Shown in pieces: positions 9,720 through 19,824 of a stretch of DNA of 64,000 nucleotides. Numbering within the stretch: the first letter of the stretch is position 1; each line of letters starts with the position of its first letter. The DNA is from Bythopirellula sp. (GTDB lineage Bacteria > Planctomycetota > Planctomycetia > Pirellulales > Lacipirellulaceae), in the NCBI GenBank assembly GCA_965216565.1, contig OZ244170.1:192001-256000 (forward strand). The letters run 5' to 3'. Position numbers and translations under genes: made by a program. The notes below the pieces were generated by a model. The model made no database searches. It had not been told where the DNA came from and worked only from the letters and a program-made list of their open reading frames with translations.

Positions 9720-11552
9720 ATGGTACTTGAAGAACAAATTCTGCCGTATCTCCAGTGGTTGCTCGGCACAGAGAACACATTTGGGGCCTTGCCCAATTAC
9801 ATACTCGTGCTGTGTGTCTTAGCAGTCTTAGCCATTGCATTGGGATACCTAGTTGCGGCATTGCGCCGGGGGATTGTTCGTGGTGGCGACACCGTTTACG
9901 AGACCGTATCGGTAGGATTCCGCGAGCTATTTAGCACCTCGTTGCGACGCGTCTGGGCCCTTGCCCGACTGGCCATGAAAGAGGCCCGCCGCAGACGCGT
10001 GGAAGTCGCTTTGGTTGTGTTCCTGGTGATTCTGGCGTTTGCCAATTGGTTTTTGAGTTCAGACAATCAGAACCCCGCCAAGTTGTATGTCAGTTTCGTC
10101 CTCACGGCGACAACCTACTTGGTTCTAGGTGTGGCCCTGGTACTCAGCACATTCAGTTTGCCGAGCGATTTTAAGACTAAGACGATTTACACTGTGGTCA
10201 CCAAGCCGGTCTATGCGACGGAAATTATCCTGGGACGAATTCTGGGATTTTCGATTGTGGGCACGATCTTGTTGGTGCTAATTGCTGTAAGCAGCTATTT
10301 CTTTGTGACACGCTCACTCAGCCATACGCACCGCGTCGAGAAGGATAGTTTAAGCTATGCCAAGAATAATGCAGGCGAGGTGATTGGCTATCGCGGACGA
10401 ACTTCGCTGGAAGCGTACCACCGTCACGACGTGGAATTGGACGAGGAGAAAGACGGAGCTGCACTGAGCAACTACGATCACTTCCATCGGATTGAGGCGG
10501 ATGGCGATTCGTTTACGGTCGCGGAATCGGAGGGGGCAATTCGGGCCCGACTGCCCAAGTGGGGCAAGCTTACGTTTATCGATCGGCAGGGCGTTCCCAA
10601 AGAACGCGGCATCAACGTCGGCAATGAGTGGACGTATCGCAGCTTTATCGATGGTAATACTCAAGCCACGGCGATCTGGACTTTTGACGGCGTCGACAAA
10701 TCTCTCGACTCCGGCAATGGCTTGCCACTGGGGCTAATTGTCCGCGTATTCCGCACCCATAAAGGCATTATCGGTCAAGCGATCAGCGGTGCTATTCAAG
10801 TGCGAAACCCAGAGACGAAGTTAAAGAGCGACTTGATCCCCTTCGCTGCTCTCGATAACAAAATCGAAGAAATGACCATCAAGCAGAAGCTTGTCGATAT
10901 CGATGGCCAGGAGCGCGACCTGTACGACGATTTTGTCAGTAGCACGGGCCAGCTCGAGATTCGCGTCCAATGTTTGGAGCGAGGCCAGTACTTTGGCTTC
11001 GCCCAACCCGACTGCTTCATTCGTTTGCCAGACGCTTCAGCCGTGTTCAATTATGTGAAGGTGTACACCAGTATCTGGGTACAAATGGTAATCGTGATTG
11101 CCATTGGCGTGGTGGCCAGTAGCGTGCTGAGTGGCCCTGTTGCCATGCTGTTTACGGTGTCCTTCATTCTGCTTGGTTTCCAGCGAGACTTCTTCGTGGG
11201 GATTGCCGCTGGGGATGATTATGCGAAATATGGAGTAGAGAAAGTCTACGGTGGCGGTCCGGTGGAAAGCGCTTACCGAATGGTCACACAAAAGAATGTG
11301 ATGACCGATTTGGACCCAGGCGTTGGCACTTCGATTATCAATGCCGTCGATTTCGTTTTGCAGAAACTAATGTTGGGAGTATCCCAGGTGCTGCCAGACT
11401 TTGCGCAGTTTAGCACGGTTAAATTTGCAGCCTTTGGATTCGATGTCCCTGCGGATAAGGTCGGTGCAGATTTAACAATTTGCCTTGCTTATCTTCTTGG
11501 TGCAGCCGTAGTGGGTTACTTCTTGCTTCGCACTCGTGAGGTTGCCAGATGA
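9720..11552 (+). CDS. ABC-2 type permease with large extracytoplasmic insert
   Basis: Multiple TM helices, TIYTVVTKPV...EIILGRILG motif, follows the ATPase gene. Confidence 0.75.
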   Translation: MVLEEQILPYLQWLLGTENTFGALPNYILVLCVLAVLAIALGYLVAALRRGIVRGGDTVYETVSVGFRELFSTSLRRVWALARLAMKEARRRRVEVALVVFLVILAFANWFLSSDNQNPAKLYVSFVLTATTYLVLGVALVLSTFSLPSDFKTKTIYTVVTKPVYATEIILGRILGFSIVGTILLVLIAVSSYFFVTRSLSHTHRVEKDSLSYAKNNAGEVIGYRGRTSLEAYHRHDVELDEEKDGAALSNYDHFHRIEADGDSFTVAESEGAIRARLPKWGKLTFIDRQGVPKERGINVGNEWTYRSFIDGNTQATAIWTFDGVDKSLDSGNGLPLGLIVRVFRTHKGIIGQAISGAIQVRNPETKLKSDLIPFAALDNKIEEMTIKQKLVDIDGQERDLYDDFVSSTGQLEIRVQCLERGQYFGFAQPDCFIRLPDASAVFNYVKVYTSIWVQMVIVIAIGVVASSVLSGPVAMLFTVSFILLGFQRDFFVGIAAGDDYAKYGVEKVYGGGPVESAYRMVTQKNVMTDLDPGVGTSIINAVDFVLQKLMLGVSQVLPDFAQFSTVKFAAFGFDVPADKVGADLTICLAYLLGAAVVGYFLLRTREVAR

Positions 11553-13144
11553 CAGAACGTGGTTCTTTTTATCGCAAGATTGCTTACCTGGTCATTATTG
11601 CGGTGCTGCTGTTCCCCATCTCGCAGCTTGGGGCCCCTTCGACTTTAGAAGATCCCGGTGGCGTGCTCGCTAAGATGCGGACCGACAACGATCTAGGGCA
11701 GTCGAACATCGGCGATATCGATCCCGCCAGCGAAACCATGCGCCTTGCCACGCTCGGACTGCGCGGGATCGCCGTTTCGATTCTGTGGAGCAACGCGAAC
11801 GAATTCAAAAAGAAGGAAGATTGGACCAGCTTCCGCTCGACGCTACAACAATTGGCGAAGTTGCAGCCCTACTTTATCTCTTTTTGGCGTTATCAGGCGT
11901 GGAACCTCTCTTACAACGTCTCGGTCGAATTGGACGATGTTCGTGACCGATACTATTACGTGCGACGCGGAATCGAGTTTCTCAAAGAAGGTTTGAAGTA
12001 CAACCGAGACAAGCCTTACTTGCTTTCCGAGCTTGGTTGGTTCATCGGTAGTAAGATCGGAACGGCTGACGAAAAGAAAGACTATCGCCGTTTGTTCAAA
12101 GCGGATGAAGATTTCCATCCTGCGGATCGACCTCCAGAGAAACGCGATAACTGGCTCGTTTCGCGTTCTTGGTATGAAGATGCTATTTCGGCTGTTGACG
12201 ATCGCAAGAAAACGCTGGGCAAGAAAAACCCTGTGCTGTTCTACAGCGATCCTGGTAGAGCACAGATCAACTACAGCGATGCAATCGAGCGCGAAGGAAT
12301 TTTTGGTGAAAAAGCCAAAAACGCTTGGGCCACAGCGAGCGATCTATGGCGATCGTTTGGTAACCGTGAGTTCCCCGCCTCTACCGGGGCCATGATTCGA
12401 CTGTCGAATCTGGATCGCTTGGAGGAAGAGGGAAAAGAGCTCATGGCACGCGTCGAAAGTCTAGCCGAGAATCCCAGTCAGGCCTTGGAAGAGCAACTTC
12501 GTAGCGAGCTCAGCGAGGAAGAACGCAACCTGCTGGACACGCCTGAAGACGAAGTTCCTGAGGAACGACTGGAAGAGTATTACGATTTGAAGAACGAAAT
12601 TAGGTTTGAGCCCAAGGACATCGCGGAGTTCATTTCTGAGAATTATCCCAAGGTCCGCAACGAAGCACGCAAGTTGGCTCACAAGATTGAGGAAAATCGT
12701 AGTAAGACTTTCCTGACCAGAAATAATCGCGACGTGTCCAACTACGCCTATTGGAAGGTTCGGACTGAAGTAGAACAAACCTCCGAGGCGTTGCGAGCAC
12801 GAGCGTTAGCTTACTCGGCCGCCAAAGCATTTCGGGAGGATGCGGCATTGCTAGAAGCAAAACGCATGTATGAAGAAAGTTTCGATCTGTGGGCGGCGGT
12901 ATTCAAAGCGCACCCCGAATTGGAGCTCGACTCCCCCTCGGCATCCGACATCATGGACGAGGTGGACCAGTATGTTCAAGTGCTCGAACAGCTCGACATG
13001 AGCCTGTTGGATAAGGACATTCAGCAGAGTTTCCCCCTCTGGGATTTGGTGGAACTGAACGACATGAGTAACGATTACCGAGAATACATCCAGGCGTACC
13101 GAGGCGGAGAGGCCGACCAGCCCGCTGGTATTCCCTCTCTCTAG
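11549..13144 (+). CDS. Conserved planctomycete membrane-anchored helical (TPR-like) protein
   Basis: ATGA overlap with the permease, N-terminal TM, LQPYF..FWRYQAWNLSYNVS motif, all-helical character. Confidence 0.65.
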   Translation: MTERGSFYRKIAYLVIIAVLLFPISQLGAPSTLEDPGGVLAKMRTDNDLGQSNIGDIDPASETMRLATLGLRGIAVSILWSNANEFKKKEDWTSFRSTLQQLAKLQPYFISFWRYQAWNLSYNVSVELDDVRDRYYYVRRGIEFLKEGLKYNRDKPYLLSELGWFIGSKIGTADEKKDYRRLFKADEDFHPADRPPEKRDNWLVSRSWYEDAISAVDDRKKTLGKKNPVLFYSDPGRAQINYSDAIEREGIFGEKAKNAWATASDLWRSFGNREFPASTGAMIRLSNLDRLEEEGKELMARVESLAENPSQALEEQLRSELSEEERNLLDTPEDEVPEERLEEYYDLKNEIRFEPKDIAEFISENYPKVRNEARKLAHKIEENRSKTFLTRNNRDVSNYAYWKVRTEVEQTSEALRARALAYSAAKAFREDAALLEAKRMYEESFDLWAAVFKAHPELELDSPSASDIMDEVDQYVQVLEQLDMSLLDKDIQQSFPLWDLVELNDMSNDYREYIQAYRGGEADQPAGIPSL

Positions 13145-13309
13145 GCCCTGTTTCTTTCCCTAAACCGCACTTTCACCAGCGGCATCCTCCGCTTAGAATC
13201 GTGCGTTTGCTGGCTCCGCACGCATTCACAGAGGGCTTGTTCAGAAAAACATTGCCCGAATGAGTCGAGTCATTTCCGAACGACACTGAGCTCCAAACGA
13301 AACGAATCT

Positions 13310-14662
13310 ATGCGCATTGTTGTTCTCGGCGCGGGAACGGTGGGAGGATCCATCGCATCTCTGCTTTGTCTACACCGTCACAGCGTGACTGTTGTCGATA
13401 GCGATGCAAATCGCATTCGACGGGTCAACGATTCGATCGACGCGCGGGTCATCACTGGATCGGCTTCACAATCGAGCGTCCTCTTTCAAGCCGGAGTCAG
13501 TAGTGCCGATTTATGCCTGGCGGTAACCGGGAATGACGAAGTCAACATGGTGGCAGCCAGCATGTCGAAGGCGATGGGTGCTCGGCGGGCTGTGGCTCGT
13601 GTGTATGCCCCTGTCTTCCGTGATCTCAGTACATTCGATTACCAACGGCATTTTGGTATCGATCGGCTGCTCAGTCTCGAACAGCTAACAGCGCTAGAAA
13701 TCGCCCGCAACATTCGGCATCCCGGCTCCGTAGCCGTCGAGAGTTTGGCTAGGGGCGAATTGGAAGTGCACGAAGTGATGGTCGCCGAGGATCGATCGGG
13801 GGTTGGGAAGCAACTGAAGGAATTGCAATTGCCCAATGGCGTACGCCTCGGTTCGATTAGCCGCGCTGGAGAAACTTGGATTGCCGGTGCCGAAGACAAA
13901 GTAGAGGCAGGCGATCGCATCACGATCATTGGAAAAAGAGACGACATCGACACAGCTACCGAGCTTTTTTGTGCAGAGGGCAATGCCAAGCTCGACGTCG
14001 TGATTGCCGGAGGGGGAGAGACAGGGTATCACCTGGCATCGATCCTCGAGGGCAAGCGATTTCGTGTCGTGCTTATGGATAAAGACATGGAGCGCTGCGA
14101 GTTCCTGGCCAGTCATCTCAACGAGACGGTCGTTGTCCATCGCGAGGCCACCCGCCGTGCCAATCTCGAAGAAGAACGCGTCGGCAGCGCCGATGTGTTT
14201 GTCGCCTGCACGGGTGAAGACGAAAACAATATCATGGCCTCGGTCGAAGCCCGTGATATCGGTGCGAAACGAATCATGGCCTTGGTCAGTCGGCCCGATT
14301 ACGCCCACGTCGTTGGCAAACTGGGAATCGACTTGGCGGTGAGTCCACGCGAAGTTGTGGCCAAACAGGTGTTGGGATTCTTGTCCTCGGGCCCAATCGT
14401 TTCTACCACTCCGCTCAGCGAAGGCAGTGGACTGAGTGTGGTAGAGGTCGACGTGATGCCCGACTCGGTGGCTACCGAGCATGTGCTCGCGAATCTTGGC
14501 TTGCCGACGCAATGTCTGATCGCCGGTGTGGTTCGCGAGGGATACGCTTCGGTGCCTGGGGGCGACTATCAATTCGAACCTGGCGACACTGTCATCGGTC
14601 TGGTTGCCGATAAGATGTCGAAAGAGATTGAAGCATTTTTTCGAAGTCAGAAGAGTCAGTAG
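13310..14662 (+). CDS. trkA: Trk potassium uptake NAD-binding subunit TrkA
   Basis: Two RCK-N Rossmann motifs (LGAGTVG, AGGGETG), each followed by an RCK-C domain. Confidence 0.92.
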   Translation: MRIVVLGAGTVGGSIASLLCLHRHSVTVVDSDANRIRRVNDSIDARVITGSASQSSVLFQAGVSSADLCLAVTGNDEVNMVAASMSKAMGARRAVARVYAPVFRDLSTFDYQRHFGIDRLLSLEQLTALEIARNIRHPGSVAVESLARGELEVHEVMVAEDRSGVGKQLKELQLPNGVRLGSISRAGETWIAGAEDKVEAGDRITIIGKRDDIDTATELFCAEGNAKLDVVIAGGGETGYHLASILEGKRFRVVLMDKDMERCEFLASHLNETVVVHREATRRANLEEERVGSADVFVACTGEDENNIMASVEARDIGAKRIMALVSRPDYAHVVGKLGIDLAVSPREVVAKQVLGFLSSGPIVSTTPLSEGSGLSVVEVDVMPDSVATEHVLANLGLPTQCLIAGVVREGYASVPGGDYQFEPGDTVIGLVADKMSKEIEAFFRSQKSQ

Positions 14663-14730
14663 TTATTCGCAACACGTAAGTTGATTCTCAACTTCGAAAC
14701 AACCCTCACCCTTATGTCCCATCCAAAGCC

Positions 14731-16329
14731 ATGAACCTTCGCTTAGTATCTCGCATGTTGGGGATCGTGGCCTGGCTGATTGGCGTGACAATGGCATTCA
14801 GCCTGCCTGTGGCTTGGCCACAGATTGGCGGGCAGGCCGAGTTTGAGGAGGGCGGATTCACGGGGCTCGTTTGTTCGATTATCGTTTCCATGCTCGTCGG
14901 GCTTCTGCTCCGTTGGTTGGGACGGGACGCCCCGGACATTCTCTATCGCAAAGAGGCAATGGCCATCGTCGGTTTGAGTTGGGTGCTGGCGACGCTGCTG
15001 GGCGGCATTCCCTACTACATTTCTGATGTGAAGTTTCGAGCGATCGACGATGTGCCCCAGAACATGGGTATTGCCGAGTGCTTATTCGAAAGTCAGTCTG
15101 GCTTTAGCACAACCGGCGCTACGGTACTCACCGACATCGAGCGCGAAGAGTGGGTGCCTCGGTGCATTCTCTGTTGGCGGAGCAGCACGCACTTTCTGGG
15201 GGGGTTGGGAATCATCGTGCTCTTTGTGGCCGTTCTTGGGCAAGGGTCGGCTGGCAAAGCTTTAATGCGTGCAGAAATGCCCGGCCCCAGCAAAGAGGGC
15301 TCTCAAGAGCGGATGCAGCACACAGCGTGGGTGTTCGCTGCCATTTATTGTGCGCTGACGCTGATACTGGGTGTTTTGCTTAAGCTCTATGGAATGACTG
15401 CCTTTGAAGCCATTTGCCACGCCTTCGGCACGATGGCGACCGGTGGATTTAGTACGCTCAACGGAAGCCTGGGTGGATTCGAAACGCGATTGCCAGGGAC
15501 ATATAAGTTGATTGAATACACAGTCATCGTCTTTATGATTTTGGCTGGGACAAATTTCACGCTGTTGTACCTAACGCTGATCCGCAAGCCGAAGATGCTG
15601 TTCACCGATCCCGAATGGCGGACGTACATCGGCATAATTATTGGCGCTACGATTCTGGTTTGCGTAGTCGGGCTCTTTGCCGAAGGAGAATTCAATTTAG
15701 ACGGTGGTAAGTTAACCGGAGAGGAATTCGAAACGGCGCTTCGCGATGGTCTGTTTCAAGTTGTCTCAATCATCACGACCACCGGTTTTGGCACTGCTGA
15801 CTTCGACATTTGGAACAACTTTTCCCGAGCCTTGATGATATCGCTTATGTTCATCGGTGGTTGTGCAGGAAGCACGGGTGGCGGCATGAAAGTTATCCGT
15901 CATATTCTCTGCTTGAAAATATTAGGGAGAGAAATCGAGCATTCGTTCCATCCTTCGGTCGTCCGTCATATTCGATTGGGGGGAGAGGCCATCACCGATC
16001 CGGAACTCGCCCGCAGTATTTTGGTTTACTTTGGGTTGGTCGCACTGATCTTCAGCGTTAGTTGTCTGCTGCTGGTAGGCCTGGAAACAGACGAGATCTG
16101 GACCGATAGTGGTCAGCCGAAAGAGAATCGGCTCGTCGATTCGGCCAGTGCCGTTGCTGCGACACTCAATAACATTGGCCCAGGCTTGGGGATAGTAGGA
16201 ACTACGCAAAACTATGCGGCATTCTCGGCCAGTTCCAAGCTGCTATTCACTTTCCTCATGATGCTGGGCAGGCTGGAGCTGTTTGCCATTTTGGTGCTCT
16301 TCCTACCAAGTTTTTGGCGGGCCCGGTAA
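14731..16329 (+). CDS. trkH: Trk potassium uptake membrane subunit TrkH
   Basis: Four selectivity loops FESQSGFSTTGAT, ATGGFS, TTTGF, LNNIGPG; MFIGGCAGSTGGGMKVIR; MMLGRLE. Confidence 0.95.
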   Translation: MNLRLVSRMLGIVAWLIGVTMAFSLPVAWPQIGGQAEFEEGGFTGLVCSIIVSMLVGLLLRWLGRDAPDILYRKEAMAIVGLSWVLATLLGGIPYYISDVKFRAIDDVPQNMGIAECLFESQSGFSTTGATVLTDIEREEWVPRCILCWRSSTHFLGGLGIIVLFVAVLGQGSAGKALMRAEMPGPSKEGSQERMQHTAWVFAAIYCALTLILGVLLKLYGMTAFEAICHAFGTMATGGFSTLNGSLGGFETRLPGTYKLIEYTVIVFMILAGTNFTLLYLTLIRKPKMLFTDPEWRTYIGIIIGATILVCVVGLFAEGEFNLDGGKLTGEEFETALRDGLFQVVSIITTTGFGTADFDIWNNFSRALMISLMFIGGCAGSTGGGMKVIRHILCLKILGREIEHSFHPSVVRHIRLGGEAITDPELARSILVYFGLVALIFSVSCLLLVGLETDEIWTDSGQPKENRLVDSASAVAATLNNIGPGLGIVGTTQNYAAFSASSKLLFTFLMMLGRLELFAILVLFLPSFWRAR

Positions 16330-16539
16330 AGACTCTTTCTTAAATCTACTCTGCGGATTGTATCGATCGTATTGGCCAGCGCGCTGCCGTCGGCACTTCT
16401 CTTGGGTAGTTGTCGGGGCATCCGATAACAACTTGTGGGGCTGACGGCGCTAATTCAATTCTGCCGAGGCTGGCCGCGGGTAGTCCTCGATTCAACACCA
16501 GTACCAAGAATGCAACCAAGATTCTCAATAGGGCGGACG

Positions 16540-17562
16540 ATGCCTCGACGGACCCGATGTTGTCAGCTGGAACAGCTGGAGTCGCGGTATCTCCTGGCAG
16601 GCGATTTGCCCCTGCACGCTGGAGACGGCGCGGCTTTGAACGAAACGGAGAGTGGCGATCGCGGTGGATCGATCAGCGGACAGGTGTTGTTGGTTGCGAA
16701 CCAATCTTGCGCACAACACGAGGGCGCACCGGTTGAGAGTGTGACGCTACGCCTGCTTGGTGAACAGGGAGAGTTGCTAACGGAGACGCAGAGCGACACG
16801 CAAGGCTCGTACCGCTTCGATGACCTAGAGCCCGGCTTGTATGCCGTTCAGCAGGTTCAGCCTGAGGAACTACAAACTGGCAAGGCCCATCTCGGTTCCG
16901 GCGGGGGAATCGTTTTCGAAAGCAATCTCATCGGTGAAATCGCTTTGGAGAGCGGCGCGGATTTGTCCTCGTACGACTTTTGCGAAATGCCACTCGCGGC
17001 CGATCCAGAGCAAAGCGGCCCCATCGATCGTCCTATCGTGCCCCACGGCAAAGGCGAAGTGGATGTCGAAGGGGGGGCTCCAACCAGGCAGCTAGTGGGT
17101 GCAGCGCAGCGTTTTGGACAACTCGCCAACGAACAGGAGCCGTCCTCCAGCCAAACGATCATGAAGCAGGACGCTACGGAATCGGAAATTGTTCTGGACG
17201 ACAAAGTACAGACCGTTAGCTCAAACAAAAATGCCAAACCAGGGCTTGGCTCTTCACAGGAAATCAAGTCGCGGCCTCAGGTTGAGCAGGATCAGATTCC
17301 CGAAGAGTTCTGGGACGTGCTCGATTCGATTGGTATTGGCATGATATTGTCGGCAGCGGAGGATTTGCCGTGGATGGGGGCCCATGATTCCGCTCCTGTG
17401 ACGCCGCCACCCTCGCAGTCAGAGAACTCAGAGCAAGCCGCTTCAGCGGATGAGGCACGTGAAGCCGTTCCTGTGGACGAAGCGGTCGATCCAACGCATG
17501 TCGCCACCCATGCGCGTGACGCAGAAGGTGGTGGAGCGGGTAGCAGCGAGCAGATCCGGTAG
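16540..17562 (+). CDS. Secreted protein with Planctomycete-extracellular motif and one SdrD B-like domain
   Basis: LEQLESRYLLA motif; GSISGQV...VTLRLL...TQSDTQGSYRFDDLEPGLYAVQQVQP...YDFCE; acidic low-complexity tail. Start uncertain (16510 or 16540). Confidence 0.7.
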   Translation: MPRRTRCCQLEQLESRYLLAGDLPLHAGDGAALNETESGDRGGSISGQVLLVANQSCAQHEGAPVESVTLRLLGEQGELLTETQSDTQGSYRFDDLEPGLYAVQQVQPEELQTGKAHLGSGGGIVFESNLIGEIALESGADLSSYDFCEMPLAADPEQSGPIDRPIVPHGKGEVDVEGGAPTRQLVGAAQRFGQLANEQEPSSSQTIMKQDATESEIVLDDKVQTVSSNKNAKPGLGSSQEIKSRPQVEQDQIPEEFWDVLDSIGIGMILSAAEDLPWMGAHDSAPVTPPPSQSENSEQAASADEAREAVPVDEAVDPTHVATHARDAEGGGAGSSEQIR

Positions 17563-17674
17563 CCGCCCATGTTTATTAGGCTCGTGGGTCGCCATTCACC
17601 TGCCAACTGCGACTCTCTACAGCACCCACGCTGATCGATGCTTTGCTTTTCGCTTCAAGAGTGAAATATTTTGA

Positions 17675-17845
17675 TTACGAAGCCTTGAGCTTTGCGATCT
17701 CTTCCTTGGCAGCATCGATTTCGGCTTGGATGCGTGCGGGTTCTTCGGGGTCGTCGGGCTGCTCTTTGGCACCCGCTAATAGCTTTTGCAGTTGAGGGAT
17801 TTTCTTGCGCAACACCTCGATGCGTTTCTTTGCCTTTTTATCCAT
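17675..17845 (-). CDS. Small coiled-coil hypothetical protein (56 aa)
   Basis: MDKKAKKRIEVLRKKIPQLQKLLAGAKEQPDDPEE...; in-frame ATG at 17845 within the ORF-track ORF, co-directional with upstream genes. Confidence 0.65.
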   Translation of the reverse strand: MDKKAKKRIEVLRKKIPQLQKLLAGAKEQPDDPEEPARIQAEIDAAKEEIAKLKAS

Positions 17846-17901
17846 AACTTCCAGCTGCTTTCTATTTGGTTGTTTGTTGCGTAACGTGGCAAGAAATTGC
17901 T

Positions 17902-18417
17902 CTAGTGCATCGTCCTTAGGATGCCGGCGACCACGATGATGGCCATCACCCCAAACCAGGCAACGTTGAGCCACAGCTGTGACTTGCCACGGAACTTGGC
18001 GGCTAGTGGGGTCTTGCCGGCGAGGATCGCTGCGAGGAACATCACCACGAGACCGAGTAAGAATTTGATCCCAAACAGTACATGGTAGGTGGACGGCAGT
18101 TTACCACCTTCAATTTTTGCTTCGCCATTGATGATCAGAAAATTGTAAAAGCCTGTTGCGATCAGGACGAACGTAGCGATACCAACCCAACGTGCCCATG
18201 TCCCTCGACGATCGGTAAGCCACTGTTCGTCGCCAGTGGGGGCAAGGACAGAACGGAGGAAGAAGATACCACCACCCAAAATCAGCGCTCCGAGGATGTG
18301 GAGCACCCGCGAAATAAGCGGCACGATCGGCAGACCACCCGCCTCGGGTTCCACCTGAGCAAATAATGTCGCCCAAACCAATTGTTCGTTCACTTGAAAT
18401 AGGATATCGCTAGCCAT
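17902..18417 (-). CDS. Hypothetical 4-TM membrane protein (CopD-like fold possible)
   Basis: SRVLHILGA..., IATGFYNF, YHVLFGIKFLL; four hydrophobic helices. Confidence 0.65.
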   Translation of the reverse strand: MASDILFQVNEQLVWATLFAQVEPEAGGLPIVPLISRVLHILGALILGGGIFFLRSVLAPTGDEQWLTDRRGTWARWVGIATFVLIATGFYNFLIINGEAKIEGGKLPSTYHVLFGIKFLLGLVVMFLAAILAGKTPLAAKFRGKSQLWLNVAWFGVMAIIVVAGILRTMH

Positions 18418-18591
18418 TTGCTTGCCTCGTTTTGCATCAGTTCAAGAGTTTCTGAGGGTGTCGGAAAATTCGATAAGAACTCTCGGCTAAGTCAGTACGC
18501 TTCGCGTCTCTGAACTTACGAATCGAATTCGCCTACGTCCCAAATATCTAAGCACGATCCTAGAAAGAGAGAACCCCTTCGTCTACCGCTT

Positions 18592-19824
18592 TCAAGAATC
18601 GTTCACCCAATGGTCGATCAGCTTTAGGGCCTGTTCCCGACTGTCCACTTCGCCCAACAGTTGGGCATCGCGAATGCGGGTAAGTAGTTCCTTGAACTGC
18701 GGACCAGGCCTGACACCGTGTTTGATGAGGTCTGCACCATCTAACAGCGGAACCGGGTCCAGCACTTCAGGAGGGAGCAGGAGTTTTTGCCGACAAAACT
18801 GCTCGGCATCGTCGGCTCGCCCCGCTAGAGCTTCGTAGAAATCCACCAACTCGGTACCGCCTGGATGAACTAGGAGCCGCTGAATGCTGGGCCAACTCTT
18901 CTTATCTGCCTGCTGTAGATTGTTCACATGATCCAGCAGCCAGCCGATCCGCTCTCCTTCTTTGTTAGTTAGGCGTAATCGCTTGGCGAGCTGCGGACCT
19001 AACCCTTGGGACTTCTGTGTCGACAGCAGTGCTGCCAGGGCCACCGGCAGACTAGGGTTGTTCAGACGCGCCAGTGTATCCATGGTGCGATCAAAGGATG
19101 AGTCGTCCAAGTGATTCAATTCAGGAAACACGATCGCGAGTAGCCCCGATGCTTTCAGTAGCTGGACGGCTACCACTCGATTTTTGTGAATCAGCATCCG
19201 CCGTAGTTCCATCCCAATGCGCTCAGCACTTACGGATGTCACTTCGGTTGCCATGTTCTGAATGGCAGCGAATGTTTCTGATTCAATCTCAAAATCAAAA
19301 GTTGCCGCGAATCGAATAGCCCGCAACATCCGTAGCTTGTCTTCAGCAAACCGCTCGTGGGGATTGCGGATCGCCCGAATGATCCCGGCACGCAAATCAT
19401 TCTCGCCCCCGACATAGTCAATGACATCGTCTTCGATCGGATCGAGAAATAGTCCGTTGATGGTGAAGTCGCGGCGCTCGGCATCATGTTCGGCCGTAGT
19501 GTACGAAACACTCTCGGGGTGCCGCCCGTCCACATATTTGCCGTCGGACCGGAACGTAGCCACCTCGATGGGATCGTGATGTTTTCGACCCAGCACACTA
19601 ATCACACCAAAGGCTGCTCCGATGGCCAGAGTGCGTCGATGGCCGAAGAGCTCGCGAATTTGTTCAGGGCGGGCACTGGTTGCCACATCGTAATCTTTAG
19701 GGTCGATGCCCAATAATTGGTCGCGAACACACCCGCCTGCCCACAAGGCTTCGTAGCCTGCTTTGCGCAGCGTGCTCACAACTTCGACGGCGAACTCGCG
19801 TTGTGAGCCAGCAGGTTTCATCAA
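18592..19824 (-). CDS. cca: CCA tRNA nucleotidyltransferase / poly(A) polymerase family
   Basis: AGGCVRDQLLG..PKDYDVAT, EVATFR, DAERRDFTING, RFAEDKLRMLRAIRF, SAERI. Confidence 0.88.
   Translation of the reverse strand: MMKPAGSQREFAVEVVSTLRKAGYEALWAGGCVRDQLLGIDPKDYDVATSARPEQIRELFGHRRTLAIGAAFGVISVLGRKHHDPIEVATFRSDGKYVDGRHPESVSYTTAEHDAERRDFTINGLFLDPIEDDVIDYVGGENDLRAGIIRAIRNPHERFAEDKLRMLRAIRFAATFDFEIESETFAAIQNMATEVTSVSAERIGMELRRMLIHKNRVVAVQLLKASGLLAIVFPELNHLDDSSFDRTMDTLARLNNPSLPVALAALLSTQKSQGLGPQLAKRLRLTNKEGERIGWLLDHVNNLQQADKKSWPSIQRLLVHPGGTELVDFYEALAGRADDAEQFCRQKLLLPPEVLDPVPLLDGADLIKHGVRPGPQFKELLTRIRDAQLLGEVDSREQALKLIDHWVNDS

Noticed and set aside
13694..14572. Long antisense ORFs (292 aa opposite trkA; similar ones opposite addAB, the kinase and the helicase)
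   Set aside because: Shadow frames of well-supported genes in moderately GC-rich DNA, with no motifs.
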